Assembly (NCBI GenBank): GCA_902602845.1
Contig: CACKSN010000003.1
Span: forward strand, 9,243-73,242
Direction of reading: 5' to 3'
Source of the DNA: an uncultured Alphaproteobacteria bacterium
GTDB lineage: Bacteria; Pseudomonadota; Alphaproteobacteria; HIMB59; GCA-002718135
DNA: 64,000 bases
In this document: positions 52,321 through 61,988 of the stretch, piece after piece
How positions within the stretch are numbered: the stretch's first letter is position 1
Layout of the letters: every line of letters begins with the position of its first letter
Program-made: the position numbers and the translations under genes
The notes under the pieces: model-generated
Told to the model about the DNA's origin: nothing
Databases searched by the model: none
What the model saw: the letters and a program-made list of their open reading frames with translations, nothing else

Positions 52321-52601
52321 TTTTTACGATTTTCTGCTAATTTTTTCTTAATAAGCGATAAACCTGTTTCAACTTTGGATTTATATGATTCTTCAAATGC
52401 CTTTAACTGCCAATCTGAAAATCTAGATTTTAGTTCAGATAAATTATTTTGTTTCCATTCATTTGAAGTATTTTCATCTTTCCAAATATCTTTCTCTTCA
52501 TTGGTTCTTCCACAACCATAGCAATACCCTGAGATTGGGTCTGTTTTACATACGCTAATACAAGGCGAAGTTACTTTGTTCTGTTCCATGATAATATACA
52601 T
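52317..52601 (-). CDS. DUF1289 (YdhL-like) four-cysteine protein
   Basis: 94 aa, SPCISVCKTDPISGYCYGCGRTNEE (C-x3-C-x8-C-x2-C) followed by a W-containing helix. Confidence 0.6.
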   Translation of the reverse strand: MYIIMEQNKVTSPCISVCKTDPISGYCYGCGRTNEEKDIWKDENTSNEWKQNNLSELKSRFSDWQLKAFEESYKSKVETGLSLIKKKLAENRKN

Positions 52602-52650
52602 ATATTTTTTTTTAGTTTATTCCATTAAAACGATGTAAAACTTTAAAATT

Positions 52651-53616
52651 ATGACCGATTTTAGCTATTTAAATGTTGATAATGCTTATAAATTAATCAA
52701 CCAAAAGGTAACAAAAACTCCTTTGGTAACTAATGATTACATAAATAATCTTTTGCAAGCTAAAATTTATTTTAAACTTGAAAATTTACAAAATACTGGA
52801 TCATTTAAACTACGTGGAGCTACACATAAAATTACAAAATTAATAGAAACTGTAAAAGACTCAGGTGTAGTAGCATATTCATCAGGTAATCATGCACAAG
52901 CTGTTGCCTATGCATCTATGATTAATAGTATTAGTGCAAAAATAATAATGCCTAAAACTGCACCTCAAATAAAAATTGAAAATACAAAAAAATATGGAGC
53001 AGAGGTAATATTATATGACAGTTACTTTCAAAGTAGAGAAGAGATAGGTAATGAAATTCAAAAGAAGGATAATAGAGCTCTAATTAAACCCTATGATGAT
53101 GAAGAAATAATTGCTGGTCAGGGAACTGCTGCTATCGAAATTGTAAATGATTTGAAAGAGGAATCAATTGAACCTGATCTGTATTTATGTTGTTGTGGAG
53201 GTGGAGGACTTATTGCAGGAACATCAACATACTTAAAACATTTTTATCCAAATATTAAATCATATTCTGTAGAACCTGATGAATTTGATGACACAAAAAG
53301 ATCTTTAGAAGCTGGCAAAATTATAGAAAATAAAAAAAATGCTAAATCTTTTTGTGATGCACTATTAGCACCTAAACCTGGAAATATAACCTTTCAAATT
53401 AATTCGAATAATCTTGACGGAGGATTAAGTGTTTCTGATAAAGAAGTAACAAAAACCATAATTTTACTAGCTGAACAACTTAAAATAGTAGTGGAACCAG
53501 GTGGAGCAGTTGCAGCAGCTGCAGTATTAAATAATAAAATTGAAGTTAAAAATAAAAAAATTATAGTTATGATTTCTGGTGGTAATATCGATTTAAATCT
53601 ATTTAATAAGTTATGA
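52651..53616 (+). CDS. PLP-dependent threonine/serine dehydratase family protein (no regulatory domain)
   Basis: 321 aa, PLP-lysine motif GSFKLRGA, SSGNHAQ, glycine loop CCGGGGLIAG. Confidence 0.8.
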   Translation: MTDFSYLNVDNAYKLINQKVTKTPLVTNDYINNLLQAKIYFKLENLQNTGSFKLRGATHKITKLIETVKDSGVVAYSSGNHAQAVAYASMINSISAKIIMPKTAPQIKIENTKKYGAEVILYDSYFQSREEIGNEIQKKDNRALIKPYDDEEIIAGQGTAAIEIVNDLKEESIEPDLYLCCCGGGGLIAGTSTYLKHFYPNIKSYSVEPDEFDDTKRSLEAGKIIENKKNAKSFCDALLAPKPGNITFQINSNNLDGGLSVSDKEVTKTIILLAEQLKIVVEPGGAVAAAAVLNNKIEVKNKKIIVMISGGNIDLNLFNKL

Positions 53617-55379
53617 TCAATCAATCAAATTTAAAAAAATTACAAAACCTATTAAAAGAAAAAAATATCGATATTTTTGTCATTAATAGAAGTGATGAAT
53701 ATTTAAATGAGTATATTTCTCCAAATGCAGAAAGATTAAATTTTATAACAAATTTTTCTGGTTCAGCAGGAAGAGCAATTATAACACCAACAGATGCATT
53801 CTTGTATGTTGATGGACGATATACATTTCAAGCAAATACTCAAATTAATGCCAAAGAGATTCACGCAAAACATTTAAATAGCTTTTGGACAGACTTAGAA
53901 AAAATTTTATTAGAAGAAGAATATAAAATTGCATTTGATCCAACTCTTCATTCAATTATAGAAATTGAAAAAGTGGAAAAAATGTTAGAAAATTCAACAT
54001 CTCAACTCAAACTAATAGATAAAAATTTTGTTGATTTAATATGGGAAAATCAACCAAAAACTCAGTATACAGATATATTTGATCACCCAACAAGTTTTGC
54101 TGGTCAGGGCAGACGTGAAAAATTAGATGTTTTAAAAAAATTTTTAGAACAAAATGAAATTGATCATTACTTTGTTTCTGGGCTTGATAATATTGCTTGG
54201 CTTTTAAATTTAAGGGCAGATGATATTAAATATACACCACTGCTTTATTCTTATCTTCTAATTTCAAAAAATAATAAACACTCCTTATTTATTAAAGAGT
54301 CTGCTATGCCAGAAATATTAAAAAAAGAAATGAACACACTAATAAATATTTATAATATTGAAAACATCGAATCAATTTTTAATAACATTAATTCATTTGA
54401 ATCAATTGGTTTAGATTTTAATTCCACCACTTATTATTTTTTAGATCTTTTAAGAAAACAAAAAATAAATACTAAAAATTTAGCAAATCCATGTATTTTG
54501 TTAAAAGCTATCAAAAATGAAACTGAACTAGATGGAGCCAAAAAAGCACATATAAGAGATGGTGTTAGTATTACTAAATATATTTATTGGTTGAAAAATA
54601 TCATGGATCCTAAATCAAATGATGAAATAAGTGTTGCAGAACATTTAGAAAGTCTTCGAAGAAAAAATGAATTATTTCATTCTCTATCTTTTGATACAAT
54701 ATCAGCAATTGATAAGAATGCAGCTCTTCCTCATTACCGTGTTACTGAAGAAGGAAAGTCATCTTTCTCAGATAATAATATTTACCTTGTTGACTCAGGA
54801 GGTCAATATTTTGACGGAACAACAGATATAACAAGAACTATAATTTTAGGTGAAGCAACAGAAGAGCAAAAAGATAGATTTACGAGAGTTCTAAAAGGTC
54901 ATATAGCCTTATCAAATCATATTTTTGAAAAAGGAACAAAAGGAACTGATATTGATCATCTTGCAAGAAAAAGTTTGCAAGAAGTTAATTTAGACTATGA
55001 TCATGGCACAGGTCACGGTATTGGAAGTTTTTTAAGTGTCCACGAAGCTCCACAGCGAATTGCAAAAAAATCGATGTTTGAAAGTGTTGAATTACTTCCA
55101 GGAATGATTTTATCCAATGAACCTGGTTTCTATAAACAAAATGAATATGGGATAAGAACTGAAAATTTAGTAATTGTAAAAGAGAATCGTGACAAGAAAT
55201 TATACTTTGAAAATATCACCTGGTGTCCAATAGATTTAGATCTTATTAAAATTAGTCTACTCGATCAAATTGAAAAGCATTGGTTAAATAAATATCATGA
55301 AGACGTTTATAAAAAATTGGAAAATTATCTTAAGGACGAAGAAAGAGCTTGGCTGAGAAAAGCAACTTTAGAAATTTAA
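53613..55379 (+). CDS. pepP: Xaa-Pro aminopeptidase (M24B, three-domain APP type)
   Basis: 588 aa, metal ligands in VDSGGQYFDGTTDITRT, HGTGHGIG, SNEPGFY, IRTEN. Confidence 0.85.
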   Translation: MINQSNLKKLQNLLKEKNIDIFVINRSDEYLNEYISPNAERLNFITNFSGSAGRAIITPTDAFLYVDGRYTFQANTQINAKEIHAKHLNSFWTDLEKILLEEEYKIAFDPTLHSIIEIEKVEKMLENSTSQLKLIDKNFVDLIWENQPKTQYTDIFDHPTSFAGQGRREKLDVLKKFLEQNEIDHYFVSGLDNIAWLLNLRADDIKYTPLLYSYLLISKNNKHSLFIKESAMPEILKKEMNTLINIYNIENIESIFNNINSFESIGLDFNSTTYYFLDLLRKQKINTKNLANPCILLKAIKNETELDGAKKAHIRDGVSITKYIYWLKNIMDPKSNDEISVAEHLESLRRKNELFHSLSFDTISAIDKNAALPHYRVTEEGKSSFSDNNIYLVDSGGQYFDGTTDITRTIILGEATEEQKDRFTRVLKGHIALSNHIFEKGTKGTDIDHLARKSLQEVNLDYDHGTGHGIGSFLSVHEAPQRIAKKSMFESVELLPGMILSNEPGFYKQNEYGIRTENLVIVKENRDKKLYFENITWCPIDLDLIKISLLDQIEKHWLNKYHEDVYKKLENYLKDEERAWLRKATLEI

Positions 55380-55392
55380 TTACAGTCAAAAA

Positions 55393-55611
55393 TCATGCAG
55401 CTTTTTTATTAATGTCATTCTCAATTTTAATAAGATATTTGTCTAGCTCAATCTCCCATTCTTTTCCAAATTCTGATTTGAAATATTTTACTAGGTCTTT
55501 ATTATGATCTAATTTTTTATCACTTGAATCTCGATAAAGTTTGTTAAAAAAGTTAAAAAAATTAATCATTATTATTGTTCTCATACTTAAAATAGTGATT
55601 AATCTTTGCAA
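55393..55611 (-). CDS. Hypothetical small protein (58-72 aa)
   Basis: Only ORF in the 369-nt pepP/GT4 gap; charged helical C-terminus (KYFKSEFGKEWEIELDKYLIKIEND), no family recognised. Start ambiguous (TTG 55611, ATG 55584 or 55569). Confidence 0.3.
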   Translation of the reverse strand: MQRLITILSMRTIIMINFFNFFNKLYRDSSDKKLDHNKDLVKYFKSEFGKEWEIELDKYLIKIENDINKKAA

Positions 55612-55748
55612 TTAAAATATAAAATTAATAATATTGATATGTAAAAAATGCATATATAATAACATATTAAAAACAAATATATTAAAATTAACTGATCCTA
55701 ATTGACTTTGTGCATTAATACTTCATAAATTTATAATAATAACTTCCA

Positions 55749-56852
55749 ATGATAATTATTTTAACACAATGCTTTCCAACTAGAGTAGGAGGTATTGAAA
55801 CATTGATGTATGACATAGCATCTAACTTAAGCTTTAAACATGATGTAAAAGTGTTAGCTGATGAACATGATACTTATAAAGATTTAGAATTTGATAAAAA
55901 TAATAATAATTTTTCAATATTTAGATTTAAAGGATTAAAATTTTTTAGAAAAAGAAAAAAATTTAATCAATTAAAAAAAATTTGTAATGCTAATAAAATT
56001 GATGTTGTTATATCAGATAGCTGGAAAAGTCTTGAATTGCCGATAAATTTTTTAAAAGAAAATAAAATTCCAATCATTAGTCTGGCTCATGGTAATGAAA
56101 TAATAGTCAAAAATGACAATCATCTAAAACGTATTAAGAAAATATTAGAAATGACAAATGCAGTAGTAGTTAATTCTACATATACAAAAAACTTGCTTAC
56201 AAAAATAAGTGGGAATTTAAAAAAAATTGAAGTTATCTATCCAGGTATACAATCAAATAATAATATAACTGAACAAAATATTGATTTAAATTATGGTAAT
56301 CCAACTTTACTCACTCTTGCTAGACTTGAAAAAAGAAAGGGACATTTATTAATTCTTAAATCTATATTTAATTTAAAAAAAATTTACCCAAATATTCAAT
56401 ATATTATCGCCGGTGAAGGAGATCAGTTAGAAAATATAAAGAACGAAATAAAAAATTATAATCTTGATACAAATGTGAAGTTAGTTGGCACGATAAATGA
56501 AAGTCAAAAAAAATTCATTTTTAGTAAAACAGATATCATGGTGATGCCAACATTAGATGAAACACACGTAAATTCTATTGAAGGTTTTGGTATTGCATAT
56601 ATTGAAGCAGCACAATACGGAATACCTGCAATTGCTTCCAATGTAGGAGGCACTACTGAAGCAGTTTTACATAATAAAACAGGTTTGATTATTAATAATA
56701 TAAATGAGCTAGATGAATCAATTAAGAAACTAATAGAGAATAAACAATATAGGACTGAATTAGGACAAAATGCAAAAATTAGAGTAGATAATGAATTAAA
56801 CTGGAAAAAACAAATAGAAAGGTACAATAAATTAATAAATGACTTCCAATGA
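55749..56852 (+). CDS. Glycosyltransferase, GT4 family
   Basis: 367 aa, VGGIETL near the N-terminus, RLEKRKG, EGFGIAYIEAAQYGIPAIASNVGGTTE motif. Confidence 0.75.
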   Translation: MIIILTQCFPTRVGGIETLMYDIASNLSFKHDVKVLADEHDTYKDLEFDKNNNNFSIFRFKGLKFFRKRKKFNQLKKICNANKIDVVISDSWKSLELPINFLKENKIPIISLAHGNEIIVKNDNHLKRIKKILEMTNAVVVNSTYTKNLLTKISGNLKKIEVIYPGIQSNNNITEQNIDLNYGNPTLLTLARLEKRKGHLLILKSIFNLKKIYPNIQYIIAGEGDQLENIKNEIKNYNLDTNVKLVGTINESQKKFIFSKTDIMVMPTLDETHVNSIEGFGIAYIEAAQYGIPAIASNVGGTTEAVLHNKTGLIINNINELDESIKKLIENKQYRTELGQNAKIRVDNELNWKKQIERYNKLINDFQ

Positions 56853-57781
56853 CCATATTATTTCATAATACAACTTTTGATAAAATTGATGTTTGGAAAA
56901 AATCAATAAAAAAATATTTTAAAAATGAAAATATAATTTCTATAAAGGATTACAAAAAATTTAATGAAGTAAAATATGCAATTATTTGGAACTTACCAGA
57001 TGAGATACTTCCAAAGTTAAAAAATCTTAAAGTTATTTTTTCTATGGGTGCTGGAGTAGATCATATTTTAAAATTAAAATATTATAACAAGAAAATTCCT
57101 ATAATCAGAATAAAAGATGCACTAATGGGAGAGAGAATTGCAAATTATGCTTTAGCTCAACTCCTAAACTATCAATTAAATTTTAAAATTTTTCAAAATT
57201 CTCAAAACAAGCAATATTGGTCTGGCGAAAGAACACCAATTGACAATAAAAGCTTAACAGTAGGTATTCTTGGTTTGGGCTTTCTTGGTAACCATATAGC
57301 AAGATTGCTTAGTAAATTAAATTACAATGTGATTGCATATAAAAAATCTTTAACAAAAGTAAAAAACATAAAAATATATACTGGTAAAAATATTATAAAT
57401 TTTATTAAAAACTCTGATGTTATCATTTCTATTCTACCATCCACACCTCAAACACATAACATGATAGATAAAAAGTTTTTAAAAGTGATGAAAAAAAATT
57501 CATGTTTAATAAATATCGGAAGAGGCAATACTATTGAAGAGAAAGATCTTATAAATCATCTAAAGAAAAATAAAAATTTTTTTGCTTATTTAGATGTATT
57601 TAAAAATGAACCTTTAGAACCAAGCAGTCAATTTTGGAAACTTCCAAATTCAACTATTACACCACATGTGGCAGGTGTAACTGCTATAGAACCATCAGTA
57701 AGATATATGTATTCAATATATAAAAAAGTAAAACAGAATAAAAAAGTAAATTCGGATGTTAATATTTCTAACGGATATTAA
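56849..57781 (+). CDS. ghrA: D-2-hydroxyacid dehydrogenase, glyoxylate/hydroxypyruvate reductase A-like
   Basis: 310 aa, collinear with remembered E. coli GhrA (ILFHNTTFD start, GAGVDHIL, NAD site GILGLGFLGNHIA, INIGRG, ITPHVAG, ends NGY). Confidence 0.75.
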   Translation: MTILFHNTTFDKIDVWKKSIKKYFKNENIISIKDYKKFNEVKYAIIWNLPDEILPKLKNLKVIFSMGAGVDHILKLKYYNKKIPIIRIKDALMGERIANYALAQLLNYQLNFKIFQNSQNKQYWSGERTPIDNKSLTVGILGLGFLGNHIARLLSKLNYNVIAYKKSLTKVKNIKIYTGKNIINFIKNSDVIISILPSTPQTHNMIDKKFLKVMKKNSCLINIGRGNTIEEKDLINHLKKNKNFFAYLDVFKNEPLEPSSQFWKLPNSTITPHVAGVTAIEPSVRYMYSIYKKVKQNKKVNSDVNISNGY

Positions 57782-58956
57782 TTCACATCAAAATAATTTT
57801 CTAAAATTCTAAAATAAATACTTTCTAGTTTAACAATATCTTCAATAAAGACACATTCATCTACTTTGTGTAATGTTTGATTTCTAAGACCTAATTCTAC
57901 TACTTCACAATAGTTTTTTATATATCTTGCATCAGATGTGCCACCATCAGTCGCTTGTTCAGGTGGATTATTTCTTCCGGTCACATCTGAAATTGATTGT
58001 GAAATAATATTATATAAATCCCCTGTTTTATTAAGAAAAGATTCGGCTGTTGCATCAAATGTATAAGTACAACTAGCATTTTCTAATTTAGAGAAAATCT
58101 TTTCTATTTTATTATCAATCCATTTTATAAGTGAGTCAGATGAGTGCATATCATTAAATCTTATATTAACTGTTGCTTTAGCTAATTCTGGGATCACATT
58201 TTGTACTGGGTTCCCAATATCGATGGTAGCAATTTGAACTGATGTTGGCAAAAAGTTTTCATTTCCTTTGTCTAGAGGTTCTTCTAATATACTATTTAAT
58301 AAATTTACTAAATGATGTGAAGAATTTTCAGCTAAATGAGAATTTGCCGTGTGACCTTGAATTCCTTTAACCTGAAAAAAGAAACTTACTGACCCTCTTC
58401 TTCCAATCTTAACTTTATCACCGACCTCATTTTTAGAAGTTGGTTCACCAACAAGACAATGATCAAACTTAAAATTTTGTTTACTTGCCCATTCTAAAAT
58501 TTTTGGAGTTCCGTTAACAGAATCTCTTTCCTCATCACCAGTAATTAAGAATGAAATTTTACCAGAAAAATCTTTATATTTATCAACAAATCTTTTTGAA
58601 GCGCTTATGAAACATGCAACACTACTTTTCATATCTTCACTTCCACGTCCATAGAGTTTACCATCATCTATTTTTCCAGAAAATGGTGGATATTTCCATG
58701 AATTTTCATTTCCCACTGGAACCACATCTGTATGACCAGCATAAGCAAAATGTTTTCCATTGTTGCCTAATGTTGCAAATAAGTTTTTTACTTCATAAGA
58801 ATTATTTCCAGAGAAAGTTAATGGATGGCAATCACATCCTATGGCTTTTAGATGATCTTCAACAACTGTTAAGGCACCTTCGTCCTTTGGTGTAACACTT
58901 GCACATTGAACTAAAGATTGTGTTAGACTCACTGGATCAAAATTAATTTTTGACAT
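57778..58956 (-). CDS. dapE: Succinyl-diaminopimelate desuccinylase (M20)
   Basis: 392 aa, ASVTPKDEG, YAGHTDVVPVG, LYGRGSEDMKSS, GDEE. Confidence 0.88.
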   Translation of the reverse strand: MSKINFDPVSLTQSLVQCASVTPKDEGALTVVEDHLKAIGCDCHPLTFSGNNSYEVKNLFATLGNNGKHFAYAGHTDVVPVGNENSWKYPPFSGKIDDGKLYGRGSEDMKSSVACFISASKRFVDKYKDFSGKISFLITGDEERDSVNGTPKILEWASKQNFKFDHCLVGEPTSKNEVGDKVKIGRRGSVSFFFQVKGIQGHTANSHLAENSSHHLVNLLNSILEEPLDKGNENFLPTSVQIATIDIGNPVQNVIPELAKATVNIRFNDMHSSDSLIKWIDNKIEKIFSKLENASCTYTFDATAESFLNKTGDLYNIISQSISDVTGRNNPPEQATDGGTSDARYIKNYCEVVELGLRNQTLHKVDECVFIEDIVKLESIYFRILENYFDVN

Positions 58957-59780
58957 TAATCTCTTAACAAATCGTTTATAGATGTCTTACTTCTAGTTTT
59001 TTCATCAACTCTTTTAACAATAACCGCACAGTATAAAGAAGGGTTTATGCCTCCTTCTTTTTTTCCAGGTAAAGTACCTGGTACAACGACAGAATAAGCA
59101 GGAACTTTTCCCATATGAATTTCTCCACTTGATCGATCAACTATTTTTGTGGACGCTCCAATAAAAACACCCATTGATAAAACTGCACCTTCACCAACAA
59201 TAACACCTTCAGCTACTTCACTTCTTGCTCCAATAAAACAATTGTCTTCAATAATAACGGGATTTGCTTGAAGTGGTTCTAGTACACCACCAATACCTGC
59301 TCCTCCAGAAATATGACAATTTTTTCCTATTTGGGCACATGATCCAACTGTTGCCCAAGTATCAATCATAGTACCTTCATCAACATAAGCACCTAAATTT
59401 ACGAACGAGGGCATTAATACTACGCCTCTTGCTATATATGCAGACTTTCTTACAACAGCGTCAGGAACATACCTAAATCCAGCTTTAAGATGATCATCTT
59501 TAGTCCAATTTTTAGTTTTGCTTTCAACTTTATCAAACCAGGTAGCATGCGACGCTTTGATAATATCATTATCATATAGTTTAAAACTTAATAATATTGC
59601 CTTCTTAATCCATTGGTTTACAGTCCATTCATTATCTATTTTTTCACAAACTCTAATTGTTCCATTATCTAATTGATTAAGTGTGTTATCAACTGCATCA
59701 CGTATTTCGCCATTTGTATTTACATTGATGTTATTTCTATCATCAAAAGCTTTATTAATTATATTTTCTAAACTAATCAT
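58956..59780 (-). CDS. dapD: Tetrahydrodipicolinate N-succinyltransferase
   Basis: 274 aa, left-handed beta-helix hexapeptide repeats ([23 protein letters not shown]...), dapD-dapE synteny. Confidence 0.92.
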   Translation of the reverse strand: MISLENIINKAFDDRNNINVNTNGEIRDAVDNTLNQLDNGTIRVCEKIDNEWTVNQWIKKAILLSFKLYDNDIIKASHATWFDKVESKTKNWTKDDHLKAGFRYVPDAVVRKSAYIARGVVLMPSFVNLGAYVDEGTMIDTWATVGSCAQIGKNCHISGGAGIGGVLEPLQANPVIIEDNCFIGARSEVAEGVIVGEGAVLSMGVFIGASTKIVDRSSGEIHMGKVPAYSVVVPGTLPGKKEGGINPSLYCAVIVKRVDEKTRSKTSINDLLRD

Positions 59781-60451
59781 ATTTTTCCTTCATTTACATC
59801 TTTTAAAAATAAACTCAAATCTCTTGTACTAAAATCAAGATATTCTCTGGAAGCTTTGATATCATCACTAAAATTTTCATAACCAGCATCGATCCATACT
59901 GAAGTAAAATTAACTTTTTTAGCAGGCACCAGATTTTTAGCAATATCATCAAACATTGCAGAGGATTCTGGTTTAATATTAAATAAATTGATTATTTGTT
60001 CATATGGTTTTAATTCAGGTTTGGGAATATAGTTTGCCATTTTAATATCAAATATTTCATCAAAAAAATTTGTTAGATTTATTCTATCAAGAACATCTAT
60101 AACGTGTTTTTTATTTGCATTAGTGTAGATAATTTTTCTTCCTTCTAGTTTGTGTAATTCTTCATTAAGAATTTTATTTGACCCAACAATGGAGTAGTCT
60201 AATCGATGAACTTCTTCAAGAAAATGATCTGGATCTATTCCATGATTATCCATTAAACCTCTAAGAGTTGTACCATGCTCTTTGTAATACTTTGACTGAA
60301 GTTTTTTTGCTTCAGGCATATCCATACTCAAATTTTTTGAGATAAACTCTCCCATTAATTGATGAACTTGTTGAAAAATTCCACTATCAGCAGAATACAA
60401 AGTATTATCTAAATCAAAAATCCATGTATTTACTTTTTCTTTAAATTTCAT
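59777..60451 (-). CDS. HAD-superfamily pyrimidine 5'-nucleotidase-like hydrolase
   Basis: 224 aa, [10 protein letters not shown] (DxDxT), [25 protein letters not shown]. Confidence 0.75.
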   Translation of the reverse strand: MKFKEKVNTWIFDLDNTLYSADSGIFQQVHQLMGEFISKNLSMDMPEAKKLQSKYYKEHGTTLRGLMDNHGIDPDHFLEEVHRLDYSIVGSNKILNEELHKLEGRKIIYTNANKKHVIDVLDRINLTNFFDEIFDIKMANYIPKPELKPYEQIINLFNIKPESSAMFDDIAKNLVPAKKVNFTSVWIDAGYENFSDDIKASREYLDFSTRDLSLFLKDVNEGKI

Positions 60452-61366
60452 TTAACTAGATACTAATTGAGTTCCAATACCATGTTCAGTAAATAATTCC
60501 AGTATAACTGAATGAGGAATTCTTCCATCTAATATTGTTGATTTTTTAACACCATTCTCCATCGCTTCAATACATGTTTTTATTTTAGGTTTCATGCCTC
60601 CAGATATGAAATCCTCTGACACTATTTTTTTAGCTTGATTCAAACTTAAAGAAGATATGAGTTTTTTGTTATTATCTAAAATTCCTGATACATCAGTAAG
60701 TAATAGTAATTTGCTAGCTTTGAGTCTGCCTGCTATGAAACCTGCTGCTGTATCTGCATTTATATTATATGTAAAATTTTCCTTATCAGTCCCAAGAGGA
60801 GCGATAACAGGAATTTCTCCATTTTTAATATGTTGTAAAATAATATCGCTTTTTAAATTTATCGGTTTACCAACAAAACCTATATCAACAATTTTTTCAA
60901 TATTAGAATCGCTATCTTTAATTTCAATATTTAATTTTGTTGCTTCTATCAAATTTTCTTTATTTCCCGAAATACCAATTGGCTTACCACCAGTAGAAGA
61001 TATTGAATTTACAATCTCAGAATTAATATCTTTAGATAAAACCTCTTCTACTACTTTTATTGTTTCAATATCAGTTACCCTTAAACCATCGACAAAGTTC
61101 GAGGAAATATTTTTGCTTTTTAATCTTTCACCAATTTGTGGACCACCACCATGAACAATAACAGGTGAAACCCCAATTTCTTTCAGAAGACCTATATCCT
61201 TTGCAAAACTAGATGAAAGTTTTTTATCACCCATAGCATGTCCTCCATATTTTATAACAATTATTTCACCGCTGTGTTGACGTATATATGGAAGTGCTTC
61301 AACAAGTGTAGATGCTTTATGAATGAAATATGCTTGGTCGCTTTCAGATAAAAAATCAAATTTCAT
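60452..61366 (-). CDS. argB: Acetylglutamate kinase
   Basis: 304 aa, VIKYGGHAM, VHGGGPQI, NINADTAAG, GGMKPK. Confidence 0.93.
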   Translation of the reverse strand: MKFDFLSESDQAYFIHKASTLVEALPYIRQHSGEIIVIKYGGHAMGDKKLSSSFAKDIGLLKEIGVSPVIVHGGGPQIGERLKSKNISSNFVDGLRVTDIETIKVVEEVLSKDINSEIVNSISSTGGKPIGISGNKENLIEATKLNIEIKDSDSNIEKIVDIGFVGKPINLKSDIILQHIKNGEIPVIAPLGTDKENFTYNINADTAAGFIAGRLKASKLLLLTDVSGILDNNKKLISSLSLNQAKKIVSEDFISGGMKPKIKTCIEAMENGVKKSTILDGRIPHSVILELFTEHGIGTQLVSS

Positions 61367-61367
61367 T

Positions 61368-61988
61368 TTATTTTAATAACTCATATATTGTTTTTTGTAT
61401 TTCATTAATACCATTATTTTTTTTTGTTTCAGACAAATAAATATTTTGAAATGTCTTTTTATAATTTTTCATAATACTTAATACAGATTTTTTTTGAAAC
61501 TCCCTTTGATTAGAAGAAATTTTATCTATTTTTGTTAAAACTAATGAAAAGTTCTTCGAACAATTATTAATATAATCCATCATATCTATATCGGTATTCT
61601 TTATACCGACTTTTGCATCAATTAATAAAAACACGTGATCTAGATTTTTTCTATATTGAATGTATTCTTCAATTAAAATTATTAGATTGCCTCTAATAAC
61701 TTTTGAAACTTTTGCAAAGCCATAGCCTGGTAAATCAATAATGTTTATTTTATTATTAATTTCAAAAACATTTATAGACTGAGTTCTGCCCGGTGTTTTG
61801 CTAGTTTTGGCAAGTTTTTTTTTTCTTGTAATAGCATTCAATAAGCTCGATTTACCAACATTAGATCTTCCAATAAAGCAGCATTCTTTTTTAATTTCTG
61901 TAAAAGGAATATCTTCATAAGAATTGTAAGATCCCACAAATCTATTAATATTAAAAAAATTATTTAAGCTTTTATTTGAATCAGCCAT
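61368..61988 (-). CDS. engB: Ribosome biogenesis GTPase EngB/YihA
   Basis: 206 aa, G1 GRSNVGKSSL, G3 DLPGYG, G4 TKIDK; yidC-engB synteny. Confidence 0.88.
   Translation of the reverse strand: MADSNKSLNNFFNINRFVGSYNSYEDIPFTEIKKECCFIGRSNVGKSSLLNAITRKKKLAKTSKTPGRTQSINVFEINNKINIIDLPGYGFAKVSKVIRGNLIILIEEYIQYRKNLDHVFLLIDAKVGIKNTDIDMMDYINNCSKNFSLVLTKIDKISSNQREFQKKSVLSIMKNYKKTFQNIYLSETKKNNGINEIQKTIYELLK

Noticed and set aside
60657-61154. 165-codon plus-strand ORF antisense to argB. Similar long antisense ORFs occur at 12864..13238 in rpsA, 47049..47384 in dnaX and 56504..56827 in the GT4 gene.
   Set aside because: In this frame offset, antisense stops require sense Tyr/His/Gln codons after a codon ending in T or C, and these are scarce in those stretches. 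The translations are low-complexity (S/L/I/F-rich), lack motifs, and lie fully inside well-supported genes.
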